In this document: in pieces, positions 43,650 through 52,999 of the stretch
How positions within the stretch are numbered: the first letter of the stretch is position 1
Layout of the letters: every line of letters starts with the position of its first letter
IMG/VR virus record: IMGVR_UViG_3300006931_000029
Location: 62,001-126,000 of that record
DNA: 64,000 nucleotides
Strand: one strand, 5' to 3'
Translations under genes and position numbers: made by a program
The notes under the pieces: model-generated
The model's database searches: none
The model's input: only the letters and a program-made list of their open reading frames with translations
Told to the model about the DNA's origin: nothing

Positions 43650-44621
43650 TCAAAGAACGCCAGCCGCGTGCAGACAGCTCACGTGCTGAACAGCCAACCC
43701 TATTCTGCTCCAAAAACGTACGGCATCGGTCACAATCTCAGGCGCTTCAAAATCATCTGGCCTGAAACCGTGTCTGTCCAGCACCTCGGTCAACGCCTGG
43801 TGAAACATCTTCGACCTTAGTTCGAAGTACGCCGTAGCAACGTCTTTGCGCTTGCGCAACCATCCGTTTGTCCGGTGAATTTCAGCTCGGTGTTTTATGA
43901 TGGCAGGCGATATTGGAGGATGCGAATCGTGCCACTCGTAGTAGGATGGTTCGAGACACAACCACGTAGAGTCAAGCTTGAGTTCATTTTCGGCGTAGAA
44001 TTTTTCAGTGGGCGACCCACTAAATCTCAGCTTGTGACCGACTATCCACATTCCGGCAAGGACTTCGCTGTTCAAAATTCTAGCTTTGGCTCTTGTCACT
44101 TCGTCTCCACCAGTCAGGGTAGCAAGACTCTCGCTGTCGAAGGTGCCGTATTTGTCTCGAGCAAGGCTTCTGAAATCGTTTACAAGCGTCGCAGCGCCTT
44201 TCGCGAAAAGATAACTGGCGTAGAACCTAGTTCCTGGCGCTAGCTGCTTTCTGGCCAGCATCACGCACATCATGAAAAGCTTGATCGAACAACGAGCCTG
44301 TTCTGCTGCTAAGATCAACTTGTGTTCCGCATCCTGAAATCTACGCAAAGAATCTGGTTGTTCATCTCCAAAGACCAGACGATAACACAGCTTGTAAAGC
44401 GAATCGACGTCATCGGACTCGTGGACAGAAAACTTCGACAGGTCTGCCGGAACAAAGTCGAACTCGATCTTGCTCAGTCGGACCTTTCCTCTCCTCACGA
44501 CGGAGACTCCTCTGCATTCTTTCGAGTGCGGACATTTTTGGCAAACTTGGTCAGCGCTGTCGTATTCTACCCCGTAACACTTGAGCGGGACATCGACCGC
44601 GATTCGAGAAACATTCGGCAT
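43650..44621 (-). CDS. hypothetical protein with an N-terminal 4-Cys Zn motif
   Basis: CYGVEY-x6-C-x2-C-x5-C. Start MPNVS preferred; it overlaps the polymerase ATG at CATG. Confidence 0.6.
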   Translation of the reverse strand: MPNVSRIAVDVPLKCYGVEYDSADQVCQKCPHSKECRGVSVVRRGKVRLSKIEFDFVPADLSKFSVHESDDVDSLYKLCYRLVFGDEQPDSLRRFQDAEHKLILAAEQARCSIKLFMMCVMLARKQLAPGTRFYASYLFAKGAATLVNDFRSLARDKYGTFDSESLATLTGGDEVTRAKARILNSEVLAGMWIVGHKLRFSGSPTEKFYAENELKLDSTWLCLEPSYYEWHDSHPPISPAIIKHRAEIHRTNGWLRKRKDVATAYFELRSKMFHQALTEVLDRHGFRPDDFEAPEIVTDAVRFWSRIGLAVQHVSCLHAAGVL

Positions 44622-47600
44622 GGCTATTAAGAAACTCAAAGAGAAGAAAAAGACGGTTCCTAAATTTGAACGTGACCTGGCAGAACAGACTGCCAACCAC
44701 GGGTTCAAACCCGGGCCTAATCATCCGCTGTGCTTGAAGTGTGGACTGCACCACAACGGTGCGAGAAATCCGTACCTACCGCCCTCTGGAGAAACTAAGC
44801 GGCCGCTCATCACAGTAATCGTGGATAGCGTTTCGCGTGGTGAAGACGAAGCCAACTATTTTGGTGCAACCGGAACCACCGGCCTGATGAAGAAGCTCAT
44901 CAGAGACATGGCACCGGACTTGAAGCTCGACATCGAACGAATTAGGTTTGTGCCATTGACCAGATGTTCAGCTAGAGAAGGCAAGGTCAATTTCAAAACC
45001 AAAGGTAACTGGTGCCGCTGGTTTACAGTCGACGACCTACGCAATAATCCGCCAGAGATGGTGATGGCAATTGGGACTACGGCTCTCGGAGCGCTGTGTC
45101 ATAAGTCTAGCGCGCAAGATTGGTCTGGTCGTCTGCTAACATGGAGGGGTTGGCCAGACGACTGGCTGATGAATCCGAAATATCTCGACGGCCACCACCA
45201 CTTTGGAGCTAGGCCAAAGACCGACGAACGCATCCCGCTGTTTGCCCTTCAAGCGCCGAAGCTGATTTACGGCACGCAGAATCCTCGAGTCATCAAGAAA
45301 TGGCGAGACCAAGTTCGTGCCGGATTAGAGATGGCGGTCAGAGGAGTGAAACCGCTCATCTACGATCGGCCATGGTGGAAACTTTCCACGAATCCAGACG
45401 AGATTGAGCAAATACTCAATTCCATCAGAGACGGCACGTTCGTCCAGTACGACACGGAAACGACAGGTCTCGAGCCATTCCGCAACGGGTCAAAGATCGT
45501 TTTCCACATGTTCCGGTGGATCGACGAAAATGGAAATCCACAATCGATTGGTTTTCCGTGGGACTATCCAGAGAGCCCACTGCTGCCGTTCATTAAGCGG
45601 CTAACGCCAGTCGTCCTCCGCACTCTGGCGCGCATCAAGATCGAGGGGCATAACATCACCTTCGACATTCTTTTCAACGTAGGGACAATGGAAGGAGCTG
45701 ACCTGAATGTCCTCTCGAGAGCAATGCACGGCGACACGCTGCACATGCTTTACACCATCCGGCAAGATACCGGATCAAGAGGATTGGACATAGTCGCGTA
45801 TGATTGGGCTCCGACTCTTGCCGGCTACGAAGAAGAGATGGTTCTTCTCATCGGTCAGTACCCCGAGCTTCTTGATCCGGGAGCAGGAGCAGGCGGTCAC
45901 TACGCTCGGTGTCCAACCGACAAATGGGATTCGCACCTGAAGCCGTACGTCATGGGCGACGTTGAAGTGGTTGCTGAGGCTGCTCCTTCCATGCGGAAGC
46001 GGTTGGAGACGGCGAGAATATACCAGATTCCTCTGGCGCACCCGACCATCAGCGGCAAATTCAGGTGGTACGAAACACCGAAACGTGACTGGGTGTACGA
46101 CAAGATCATGCTGCCAGCACAGCGCACGCTGACTGCGATGATGGCTAGAGGCATGCATGTCGACGTGGCAGAGGTTGCCATGCAGGAAGATTTGATGCCG
46201 AAGGCCATCTCGGCAGCGAAAAACAAGTTACGAGCATCGCATCCGAAGATTGTGGCATGGGCAGAGCAGATGGAATCAACCGATCCTGAGTGGAAGTTCG
46301 ACCTCGAGTCAAAAGATCAGCTCAAGAAAGTGCTCTACGATTTGATGGGTTTGCCGATCAAGCGGCTAACTAAAGCAGGGCGCCAGCAACTAGGCGATCT
46401 AGACGAGCGAGAAATGAAAGCTCTAGATCGCCCCACGCTGATGCAGTTTGCATCCGCAGACAAGTTTACGCTCAGCTCGTTGTCTGCGGCACACCCTGAA
46501 GTTCGTCCACTGGTCGATTACCGCAAACAACACAAGGCTTACACGACCTATGTCAGGTCCATGCGAAACCACTTTGACGCTCTTGTTGACAAAAAGAAGC
46601 GAGAAAAGCCTCCCTATTTGATGGACGACATGTGCGTCCACGCCCAGTTCAACCAAACCGGCACGCGCTCTGGACGCCTTAGTTCCAGCAATCCAAACCT
46701 TCAGCAGCTTCCTCGTGAATCTCTGGTGAAGCGGATGTACGACTCTCGATTCGGAGCGGACGGCGTCATCTACCAAGGCGACTTGTCTCAGATTGAATTG
46801 CGACTTATCGCCTGCGCCTGCGGCGACCCAACGATGGTTAAGGCGTACTGGGACAAGGTCGACCTTCACTCGCTCACTGCCAGCAAGATTTACAGGACCG
46901 AGTACGAGAAGTTCGAGAAGACCTACATGTCGTGGTTGCAGAAAAACGGCAAGGAAAAAGAGGCCAAGGACCTCGACAGTAAGCGTAAAGTTGCCAAGAC
47001 TGTTAACTTCCTCACCGGCTACGGCGGCGGTCCACTAGGTCTTCAAACTTCACTTGCTCAAAACGGAGTCTACGTTTCTCTTGAGGAGTGCGAGGACATC
47101 ATCGAGAATTTTTTCAACGTTTATCCGTCGCTCAGGCGTCACATCGGTCTCTACAAGGATTTCATCCTCAAGCACGGCGTAGCAGTGTCAATCTTTGGAC
47201 GAGTTCGAATCTTCGAGGAAGTTTTCTCTGACGACAACGAGTCGAAGTCAAAAGCTCTTCGGTCTGGTTACAACCATTTGATTCAATCGACCGCCTCTGA
47301 CATGATGCTCGTGTGCATCACGGTCATCGAACATTTGATGCGAGACATGAACCTGGAATCCATGCTTGTTTCCACCGTGCACGATTCGATGGTTATCGAC
47401 GCAAAACGAAACGAACTTCAGCAGGTTCACGAGATTTGCGATCAAGTCATCAACAACATTCCTGAGATTCTTTCGCTCTTCTTTGGCGAACCCTATGACA
47501 GGTCGTGGATCATCACACCGATCGAAGGCGATTTCGAAGTCGGCAAGAATTACCTCGATCAGAAGAAGGTCGTCGCAAACAAAGACGGTAGCGTTGATTG

Positions 47601-47640
47601 GGACTCTCTTTTGACCGATAAGGTCGAAGAGAAGAAATAA
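44620..47640 (+). CDS. polA: family A DNA polymerase with N-terminal UDG-like domain and 3'-5' exonuclease
   Basis: CLKCGL..IRFVPLTRC..MVMAIGTTA (UDG family 4-like), YDTETTG, GHNITFD, TRSGRLSSSNPNLQQLP, DLSQIELR, AKTVNF..YG, QSTASD and VHDS motifs. Confidence 0.93.
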   Translation: MAIKKLKEKKKTVPKFERDLAEQTANHGFKPGPNHPLCLKCGLHHNGARNPYLPPSGETKRPLITVIVDSVSRGEDEANYFGATGTTGLMKKLIRDMAPDLKLDIERIRFVPLTRCSAREGKVNFKTKGNWCRWFTVDDLRNNPPEMVMAIGTTALGALCHKSSAQDWSGRLLTWRGWPDDWLMNPKYLDGHHHFGARPKTDERIPLFALQAPKLIYGTQNPRVIKKWRDQVRAGLEMAVRGVKPLIYDRPWWKLSTNPDEIEQILNSIRDGTFVQYDTETTGLEPFRNGSKIVFHMFRWIDENGNPQSIGFPWDYPESPLLPFIKRLTPVVLRTLARIKIEGHNITFDILFNVGTMEGADLNVLSRAMHGDTLHMLYTIRQDTGSRGLDIVAYDWAPTLAGYEEEMVLLIGQYPELLDPGAGAGGHYARCPTDKWDSHLKPYVMGDVEVVAEAAPSMRKRLETARIYQIPLAHPTISGKFRWYETPKRDWVYDKIMLPAQRTLTAMMARGMHVDVAEVAMQEDLMPKAISAAKNKLRASHPKIVAWAEQMESTDPEWKFDLESKDQLKKVLYDLMGLPIKRLTKAGRQQLGDLDEREMKALDRPTLMQFASADKFTLSSLSAAHPEVRPLVDYRKQHKAYTTYVRSMRNHFDALVDKKKREKPPYLMDDMCVHAQFNQTGTRSGRLSSSNPNLQQLPRESLVKRMYDSRFGADGVIYQGDLSQIELRLIACACGDPTMVKAYWDKVDLHSLTASKIYRTEYEKFEKTYMSWLQKNGKEKEAKDLDSKRKVAKTVNFLTGYGGGPLGLQTSLAQNGVYVSLEECEDIIENFFNVYPSLRRHIGLYKDFILKHGVAVSIFGRVRIFEEVFSDDNESKSKALRSGYNHLIQSTASDMMLVCITVIEHLMRDMNLESMLVSTVHDSMVIDAKRNELQQVHEICDQVINNIPEILSLFFGEPYDRSWIITPIEGDFEVGKNYLDQKKVVANKDGSVDWDSLLTDKVEEKK

Positions 47641-47647
47641 ATTTTTG

Positions 47648-47675
47648 TTTACATTGCCGTTCCAACGTGTATGGT
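47648..47675 (+). promoter_or_regulatory. sigma70-like promoter
   Basis: TTTACA-N16-TATGGT, 7 nt before ATG 47683. Confidence 0.65.
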
Positions 47676-47682
47676 GGTGTGA

Positions 47683-48426
47683 ATGTTAGACCAGCCATTG
47701 CAAATTAGGGCGGTCGTAAAAGGCCAGAATCGCTACTGCGGACCGGCCGCTGTTTCGATCATAGCCGGTATTGATACGACGCGAGCGGCTCGGCTCCTCA
47801 GGCAGGTAAGTGGAAAGAGAATGATTTGCGGTGTTCACAATCATCACGTGATCGCAGCCCTGAAGAGGCTAGGTTACGAACTCCGCCCTACGCGTTTCCA
47901 CGGTGGAATAACGTTTGCGAATTGGTTCAGTGGCATCGACCATGACCCTTCCAGGTTGTATCTCATCTGTGCAGGCCACCATTACTCAGTCGTTCAAGGC
48001 GATCAGTATTGCTGTTCCCAAACTGTGAAGATCGTCGCGGTCTCTGAGGCTCCTCATCGCAGAGCTAGAATGCAGAATCTTTGGACTGTCCACAGGGTCG
48101 CAGAGATCGACTCTGAAACAGTGGTACAGTCGCCTCCAAAAGACAACTCGTGGTTGAAACGAATCACCGTGTCTCGCAGGGCAAAACAGTTTGGCGTTGA
48201 GATCGACGACCAGTCTCGACAAGGAGGTGTCATCTGGGTTTATCCTCCCGTCGGGTTATTCGACGACAATGGCAACGATCCTCAAGACCCATACAACGAC
48301 GAGCACTTCCACGATTCGTGGGAAGAAGCAGAGAAAGCCGTTGAAGCCTATATCGCTCTGAAGATTCGGCCAGCAGTCGTTCTTCCCGAAGCAGCATGCC
48401 CGAACTCGCAGAATCCTTCATCCTGA
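47683..48426 (+). CDS. probable early protein with a papain/C39-like peptidase motif
   Basis: YCGPAAVS...GHHYSVVQGD Cys/His pattern. Confidence 0.5.
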   Translation: MLDQPLQIRAVVKGQNRYCGPAAVSIIAGIDTTRAARLLRQVSGKRMICGVHNHHVIAALKRLGYELRPTRFHGGITFANWFSGIDHDPSRLYLICAGHHYSVVQGDQYCCSQTVKIVAVSEAPHRRARMQNLWTVHRVAEIDSETVVQSPPKDNSWLKRITVSRRAKQFGVEIDDQSRQGGVIWVYPPVGLFDDNGNDPQDPYNDEHFHDSWEEAEKAVEAYIALKIRPAVVLPEAACPNSQNPSS

Positions 48427-49268
48427 CGTCTCAGTTGGCCCAACTATTTGGGGTTCCGTTTGTCACAGACAGCCAACTGAAACTTCCGCGCAGGTTGGAA
48501 TTGCAGCAACACGGTTCAGGACCGTACAAGCTGGTGATTCACGACTTCGTTTCCATCTGCGGCGACCAGTCAATCGAAGAGGAACTGGCAGAAGCAATGC
48601 CGACGCGTGTTCAACACCAAGGGAAGAAAGGCTGGATTCTGTGGAAGACGAAGAACGGCGTAGTCGAAACAGAAATACGATACGGGATGACCGGCAGTTT
48701 TGCTCTCGAAAAGACTCAGCACACACGGTTGGAGTTTAAGAACGCAACAGGGTCGATCTACTTCAACGACATCAGGAAGTTCGGCGGAATTGTGACGAAC
48801 GGGCATCCTGTCGCTGCGTCGGCGACATCAAATCTTAACGTCGAACAGGTCTACTACAGCCTGGTGGAATATCGAGATTCCACGATAAAAGAGCTGTTGA
48901 CTGAACAAACGTTCCTACTCAGCGGAGTCGGAAACTACCTGGCGAACGAAGTTTGTTTTGCCACAAAAATCCATCCTGATTCTAGCGCCGGTCTTGTCAC
49001 GTTTCCAGAGTTTGAAAAAATACTGGTTGAATTGAAGGCGCTCGTAACCGAGAGCGTCGAGTTAGGAGGCTGTACTCTCAGGGACTTCAAGGATGTGATG
49101 GGTCGACCCGGGCAGTTTCAAACGCGTCTCAGAATCTATGGCAAGAAAACGTGCCCAGTTTGCAGCGGTCCTGTCTCCGTCGTCCGTCGGCCCAATGCGA
49201 CGACTAGCTGGGTTTGTCCAACGTGCCAAGACCTCAGGCGCTACCATCCACTGCTAAGTCCGAGTTGA
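48396..49268 (+). CDS. mutM: Fpg/Nei DNA glycosylase
   Basis: N-terminal MPEL, YGMTG, FNDIRKFG, H2TH GVGNYLANE and a CPVC..CPTCQ zinc finger. Confidence 0.9.
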   Translation: MPELAESFILTSQLAQLFGVPFVTDSQLKLPRRLELQQHGSGPYKLVIHDFVSICGDQSIEEELAEAMPTRVQHQGKKGWILWKTKNGVVETEIRYGMTGSFALEKTQHTRLEFKNATGSIYFNDIRKFGGIVTNGHPVAASATSNLNVEQVYYSLVEYRDSTIKELLTEQTFLLSGVGNYLANEVCFATKIHPDSSAGLVTFPEFEKILVELKALVTESVELGGCTLRDFKDVMGRPGQFQTRLRIYGKKTCPVCSGPVSVVRRPNATTSWVCPTCQDLRRYHPLLSPS

Positions 49269-49881
49269 ATATCTCAACGATCAAGTTGGAGAATTCTGCT
49301 CTGACATCTGAGTGTGTCACGCAAGCGAGATTGTTGCAGACTAAATCGGTCAAAGCTAGCGGAAAACTGGTTGCAATCAGCTGCGGGGCATAAGCGCCCA
49401 AGAGTGGCAGAAGACTGAACATCTTTTTGCCGAAGACTAAGTCGGAAGTCGATCCCCACTTCTCGAAATCAACTGTCTTGGCGTTGGCGAAGCTCATTCC
49501 GCCGGAAATCAGGGCGTTGAACAGATGGACAGCAATCAACCGCGTCACCGGCATGTCCATCTTGTCCAGGGCGTCCGTGAACGAAGAGGAGCTTGATAGA
49601 CTCTGCTGTACCGCTTTGATGCGCGTCAGAGAGGCAGGAACAAGTGCCAGACACCACCTGTTGGTCGTCTCTTCAGTGAACCGTTCGGCCTGGGCAAACC
49701 CGATTGCACGAGTGATGTGGACGAGCATCTCCTCCTTGGGAAACGTCTTGTCCGCCAGGATCAATTCGCCATCAGCTACGCGAGCGATGTCCGGCGTATT
49801 GCCAGACCGGACAACCTTCAGGTCGTTTAAGTCCGGCTTGAGGCCGATGGCGTTGAAGCGACTTTCGACGACATCAAGCAT
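49234..49881 (-). CDS. hypothetical protein
   Basis: 215-aa ORF coupled to the upstream gene. Confidence 0.55.
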   Translation of the reverse strand: MLDVVESRFNAIGLKPDLNDLKVVRSGNTPDIARVADGELILADKTFPKEEMLVHITRAIGFAQAERFTEETTNRWCLALVPASLTRIKAVQQSLSSSSSFTDALDKMDMPVTRLIAVHLFNALISGGMSFANAKTVDFEKWGSTSDLVFGKKMFSLLPLLGAYAPQLIATSFPLALTDLVCNNLACVTHSDVRAEFSNLIVEIFNSDLAVDGSA

Positions 49882-50444
49882 CAGGAGGCAGGAACGACGG
49901 CGGGGACAGCTGCGGCAGGCGCACCTGGGGTCGCCGGCTTCGGGCCAGCGTTGAGACGCTTGAGCTCTTCGGCCTTGTAGGAACGCTCAACCTTCGGACG
50001 AGAATTGTCAGCGAAGGAAAGTTCAAAGGTACCATCCGGTTTGCGGGACTTGACGACGGCGCGGATCGGTTGGCCGTTTTCAGCAACGGCGACTTCGTCA
50101 CCGATTTCAACCACACCACCAGCCGTAGGAGCTCCGAACGCCTCAACGACCTGACAGGCCGCGGTGTGGCTCGTGAACCGGCGATAGATGTTGTTGACTG
50201 GCGCCTGCTCAGGCTTCGGCGAATCCTTGTATCCGGCAGCGAGACGGCGAAGCTCTTCGAGAATTTCGTGCGACTCCGTGACCGAGAGTTCGCCTGAGTC
50301 GTAGTTCGGTTCGACCCAGCGACGTTCCATGGCAAGCTCATACCCGGCTTGGCCTAGGGTCTCCTGCAGCTCACCAAACATGATGATCGGCGACACGCTG
50401 TTTCGGCGATTCAAGACCTTGAAAGCGACTTCGGATTCGTTCAT
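49881..50444 (-). CDS. hypothetical protein with a C-terminal SH3-like segment
   Basis: VEIGDEVAV..AVVKSRKPDGTFELSF pattern, with TAATTAA 4 nt upstream. Confidence 0.6.
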   Translation of the reverse strand: MNESEVAFKVLNRRNSVSPIIMFGELQETLGQAGYELAMERRWVEPNYDSGELSVTESHEILEELRRLAAGYKDSPKPEQAPVNNIYRRFTSHTAACQVVEAFGAPTAGGVVEIGDEVAVAENGQPIRAVVKSRKPDGTFELSFADNSRPKVERSYKAEELKRLNAGPKPATPGAPAAAVPAVVPAS

Positions 50445-50470
50445 GTTCTTAATTACACAACCTTTTCCAC

Positions 50471-51019
50471 ATGCCTATCGTATTCGAAAAAGCTCCTCAG
50501 GACGTCCGGGAACTCCTTCAACTTGTCATCCAAGAACATCACCGGGACCTGGCGGACGCTAACGTCAATGTCGGAGTCTTGATGCAAACCAAGTTCGACA
50601 ACGATGATAACGAGATTCCTTCTTTGAAGTGTCACGGGGCCATGGCGAACGCCGTCATCAAGGTTGTTTCTCGGAAAGATCGCACTCACCGCAACGAAGA
50701 CTCCGAGATCGTGGTTGACGCCGTTATCTGGAAGACGTTGTCGGAGAAATGTAAACGAGCGCTGCTTGACCACGAGCTGACCCACCTCGTCGTGAAACGG
50801 GATCGCAAGACGCAGAAGTTTGCGTTGGACGATCTTAACCGTCCGCGCCTCGCTATGATCCCTGACGACTTCACGTTGACGGGATTCCTCGACGTCGTTC
50901 GCCGCAACGGTGACGCGGCTCTGGAGTACCAGTCGGTTTCCCGCGTTCACTTCGCAGTCATGGAAGCAGCAACGCAGGCCGGCAAGAAGGTTGCAGAAGA
51001 GATGGCCGCAGCGTCCTGA
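50471..51019 (+). CDS. putative phage metallopeptidase (HExxH)
   Basis: IWKTLSEKCKRALLDHELTHL motif. Confidence 0.75.
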   Translation: MPIVFEKAPQDVRELLQLVIQEHHRDLADANVNVGVLMQTKFDNDDNEIPSLKCHGAMANAVIKVVSRKDRTHRNEDSEIVVDAVIWKTLSEKCKRALLDHELTHLVVKRDRKTQKFALDDLNRPRLAMIPDDFTLTGFLDVVRRNGDAALEYQSVSRVHFAVMEAATQAGKKVAEEMAAAS

Positions 51020-51300
51020 TGACTGAAGTCGTCCATTGTCGACGCGAACTTTTCGACGTCTTCATTGGTCGCCCGTCGAAGTGGGGTAATCCGTACGTCG
51101 TGGGCCGTGACGGTTCACGAACCCAAGTCATTCAAAAATATCGAGCCTGGGTTGTGAACCAACCGCAACTGATGGCTGCGTTACCCGAACTGCGTGACAA
51201 GATTCTCGGCTGTTACTGCAGGCCATTGGCCTGCCACGGCGACGTGTTGGTTGATCTTATCGCCACCGAGGTGGTGAATCAGGACAAGACTCAGTCGTAA
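51019..51300 (+). CDS. DUF4326-family protein
   Basis: DVFIGRPSKWGNPY..LGCYCRPLACHGDVL motif. Confidence 0.88.
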   Translation: MTEVVHCRRELFDVFIGRPSKWGNPYVVGRDGSRTQVIQKYRAWVVNQPQLMAALPELRDKILGCYCRPLACHGDVLVDLIATEVVNQDKTQS

Positions 51301-51751
51301 GCTTCGTCTTCAGGTACGCGATGCACATGCACTTCTGGCACAGGAAGCCATGATAGAAGGGGCATCCACGACATTTTGCGTATCGCTCTTCGTGTTGGGT
51401 TGAAGACACTGTTTGAAACCCACTTCGTCTCCACTCAACCATGGATGACGCAAAGCGCCTCATCACTTCGCCACCAGATAGGTTCGCCTGCTGAGTGGCG
51501 GCGAGAGCAATCATCGGCGATGGCAAAACCTGTTTGCCGCAGCAGTCGGAGTTCGCAACCCCAGTTTTCAGCTCGATGTCAGGAGCGTAACCGGCGTTTC
51601 CAACCGGTGGAAACCGCTTCTCGGGGCACCCCATGAAGCTGTTCAGATTGAAATTCTTCAGGCACCTTCCATTCCACCGAGGACAACCGAGGCAGATTTT
51701 CTGGCGTCCTGGAACGTCAGGTTGCGTTCGGTTGTTGCAGCAGCTTGGCAC
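51257..51751 (-). CDS. Cys-rich protein (DUF6171-like C-terminus)
   Basis: RYAKCRGCP..CQKCMC..KTK..SCP..RW pattern. Confidence 0.55.
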   Translation of the reverse strand: MPSCCNNRTQPDVPGRQKICLGCPRWNGRCLKNFNLNSFMGCPEKRFPPVGNAGYAPDIELKTGVANSDCCGKQVLPSPMIALAATQQANLSGGEVMRRFASSMVEWRRSGFQTVSSTQHEERYAKCRGCPFYHGFLCQKCMCIAYLKTKLTTESCPDSPPRWR

Positions 51752-52091
51752 GACGAGGTTTCTTTTCTTTTTCTGGTGCGTTCAGTTTTCTGATGTCGTC
51801 GTCAGTGAGAAAGTCGTCTTGGTCGAAATCACTCCACTTGAGTCCCATCGCCGCCAGATTGTCCATCTCATCGATTACAGAATCGAGCTTGTCCTCTCTG
51901 ACTCTGGCGTTCAACCAAACCTGGAGCTTCTCTAGGTAGAAGGCCCGGTGTTTTTGCCAACTGTCAGCAAAGTAAAAGTGCCCGATTTCATTCTCGATAA
52001 AATCGTAGGCAAGGTCATGTGCCTCAATGTCGTATCGCGGATGATCGTCAAAGGCAAATTCAACTAAGCTCTTGGCTCTCGAGTGTGGCAT
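51717..52091 (-). CDS. hypothetical protein
   Basis: 124-aa acidic ORF in the operon. Confidence 0.5.
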   Translation of the reverse strand: MPHSRAKSLVEFAFDDHPRYDIEAHDLAYDFIENEIGHFYFADSWQKHRAFYLEKLQVWLNARVREDKLDSVIDEMDNLAAMGLKWSDFDQDDFLTDDDIRKLNAPEKEKKPRRAKLLQQPNAT

Positions 52092-52611
52092 CTCCCTTTA
52101 CGTACGTTCGAATGCTGCCGAGACAGAAAGTACTCTTGTTCGCCTCCAGCAGAATCCGAAGGTCCTGCCTGGTTATCGTCCCTCTATCAACCAAGGTGTC
52201 GATTGCATCCTTGTCTAATCCTGAAGATACACACGAAAATTCGGCGCTGTGACCGCAGCTAAATAGCCAAAGAGCAACGGCGTGACGAGAACGGTTGATG
52301 CCGCCGGAACAGTGGACAAACGTCGGAAGTCTTGCTCCAAAACAATAGTCAAGGGCTCGCTTGATTCCAAACAACGACGTGGTCGGCCACTTGGCGTATT
52401 CGTCAATTGGAAACCACAGCGCTTTGATCCACGGCGAAGCGTCAAACGTGAAGTACGGGCTGTCGGTGACATTGATGACGGCACGAAAATTCTCCAGCAA
52501 CCATGCTCGTTGCTGGTGGATTTCTAGATTTTCAACTGAACCAATCGTGATACCGAAATCCGGAACCACGACCTTCACCCACGTCGGTTTACTGGAGGTC
52601 GTTAACGCCAT
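52060..52611 (-). CDS. dual-specificity/tyrosine phosphatase-like protein
   Basis: FVHCSGGINRS (HCx5R) motif. Confidence 0.8.
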   Translation of the reverse strand: MALTTSSKPTWVKVVVPDFGITIGSVENLEIHQQRAWLLENFRAVINVTDSPYFTFDASPWIKALWFPIDEYAKWPTTSLFGIKRALDYCFGARLPTFVHCSGGINRSRHAVALWLFSCGHSAEFSCVSSGLDKDAIDTLVDRGTITRQDLRILLEANKSTFCLGSIRTYVKGDATLESQELS

Positions 52612-52999
52612 CTAAACGTCTTCCCGTGTTAGGTTCGATTTGGACAGCTCGGTCGTCCCACAATTCCGTCATCGCAAAATCCTTTTGACACGTGATCGGA
52701 AGGACAACGCCAAAGTGCTTCTCACACCATTTTCTAATGTGAATCGCTGCCTGCATCGCGTCGCTCTCTCGGTCGTTGGCGCCAACGAACTGCTCAACCC
52801 GATCTTCAGGGTGAATCATGTTTAGCGGCCAGACACGAGCTGTGAAGATTCGAACTTTCTTCCCTTGGACGAGCCAACGTCGAAGACGCAGAGCCATCGC
52901 TGGCACTGGTTCTCCGATGTGTTCAGCGTTTTTCCACCCCTGGTAATCGGCCAAAGTTCCGTCGAGGTCAACCCCGATCCATCCGCCAATGTGAGCCAT
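52589..52999 (-). CDS. HAD-superfamily phosphatase-like protein
   Basis: IGVDLDGTLA, IFTAR and ELWDDRA motifs. Confidence 0.8.
   Translation of the reverse strand: MAHIGGWIGVDLDGTLADYQGWKNAEHIGEPVPAMALRLRRWLVQGKKVRIFTARVWPLNMIHPEDRVEQFVGANDRESDAMQAAIHIRKWCEKHFGVVLPITCQKDFAMTELWDDRAVQIEPNTGRRLDGVNDLQ

Noticed and set aside
22587-47640. Inteins or self-splicing introns in ligase, RecA, helicase or polymerase
   Set aside because: Lengths are normal, motifs are contiguous, and no intein ends or interrupted frames were seen.
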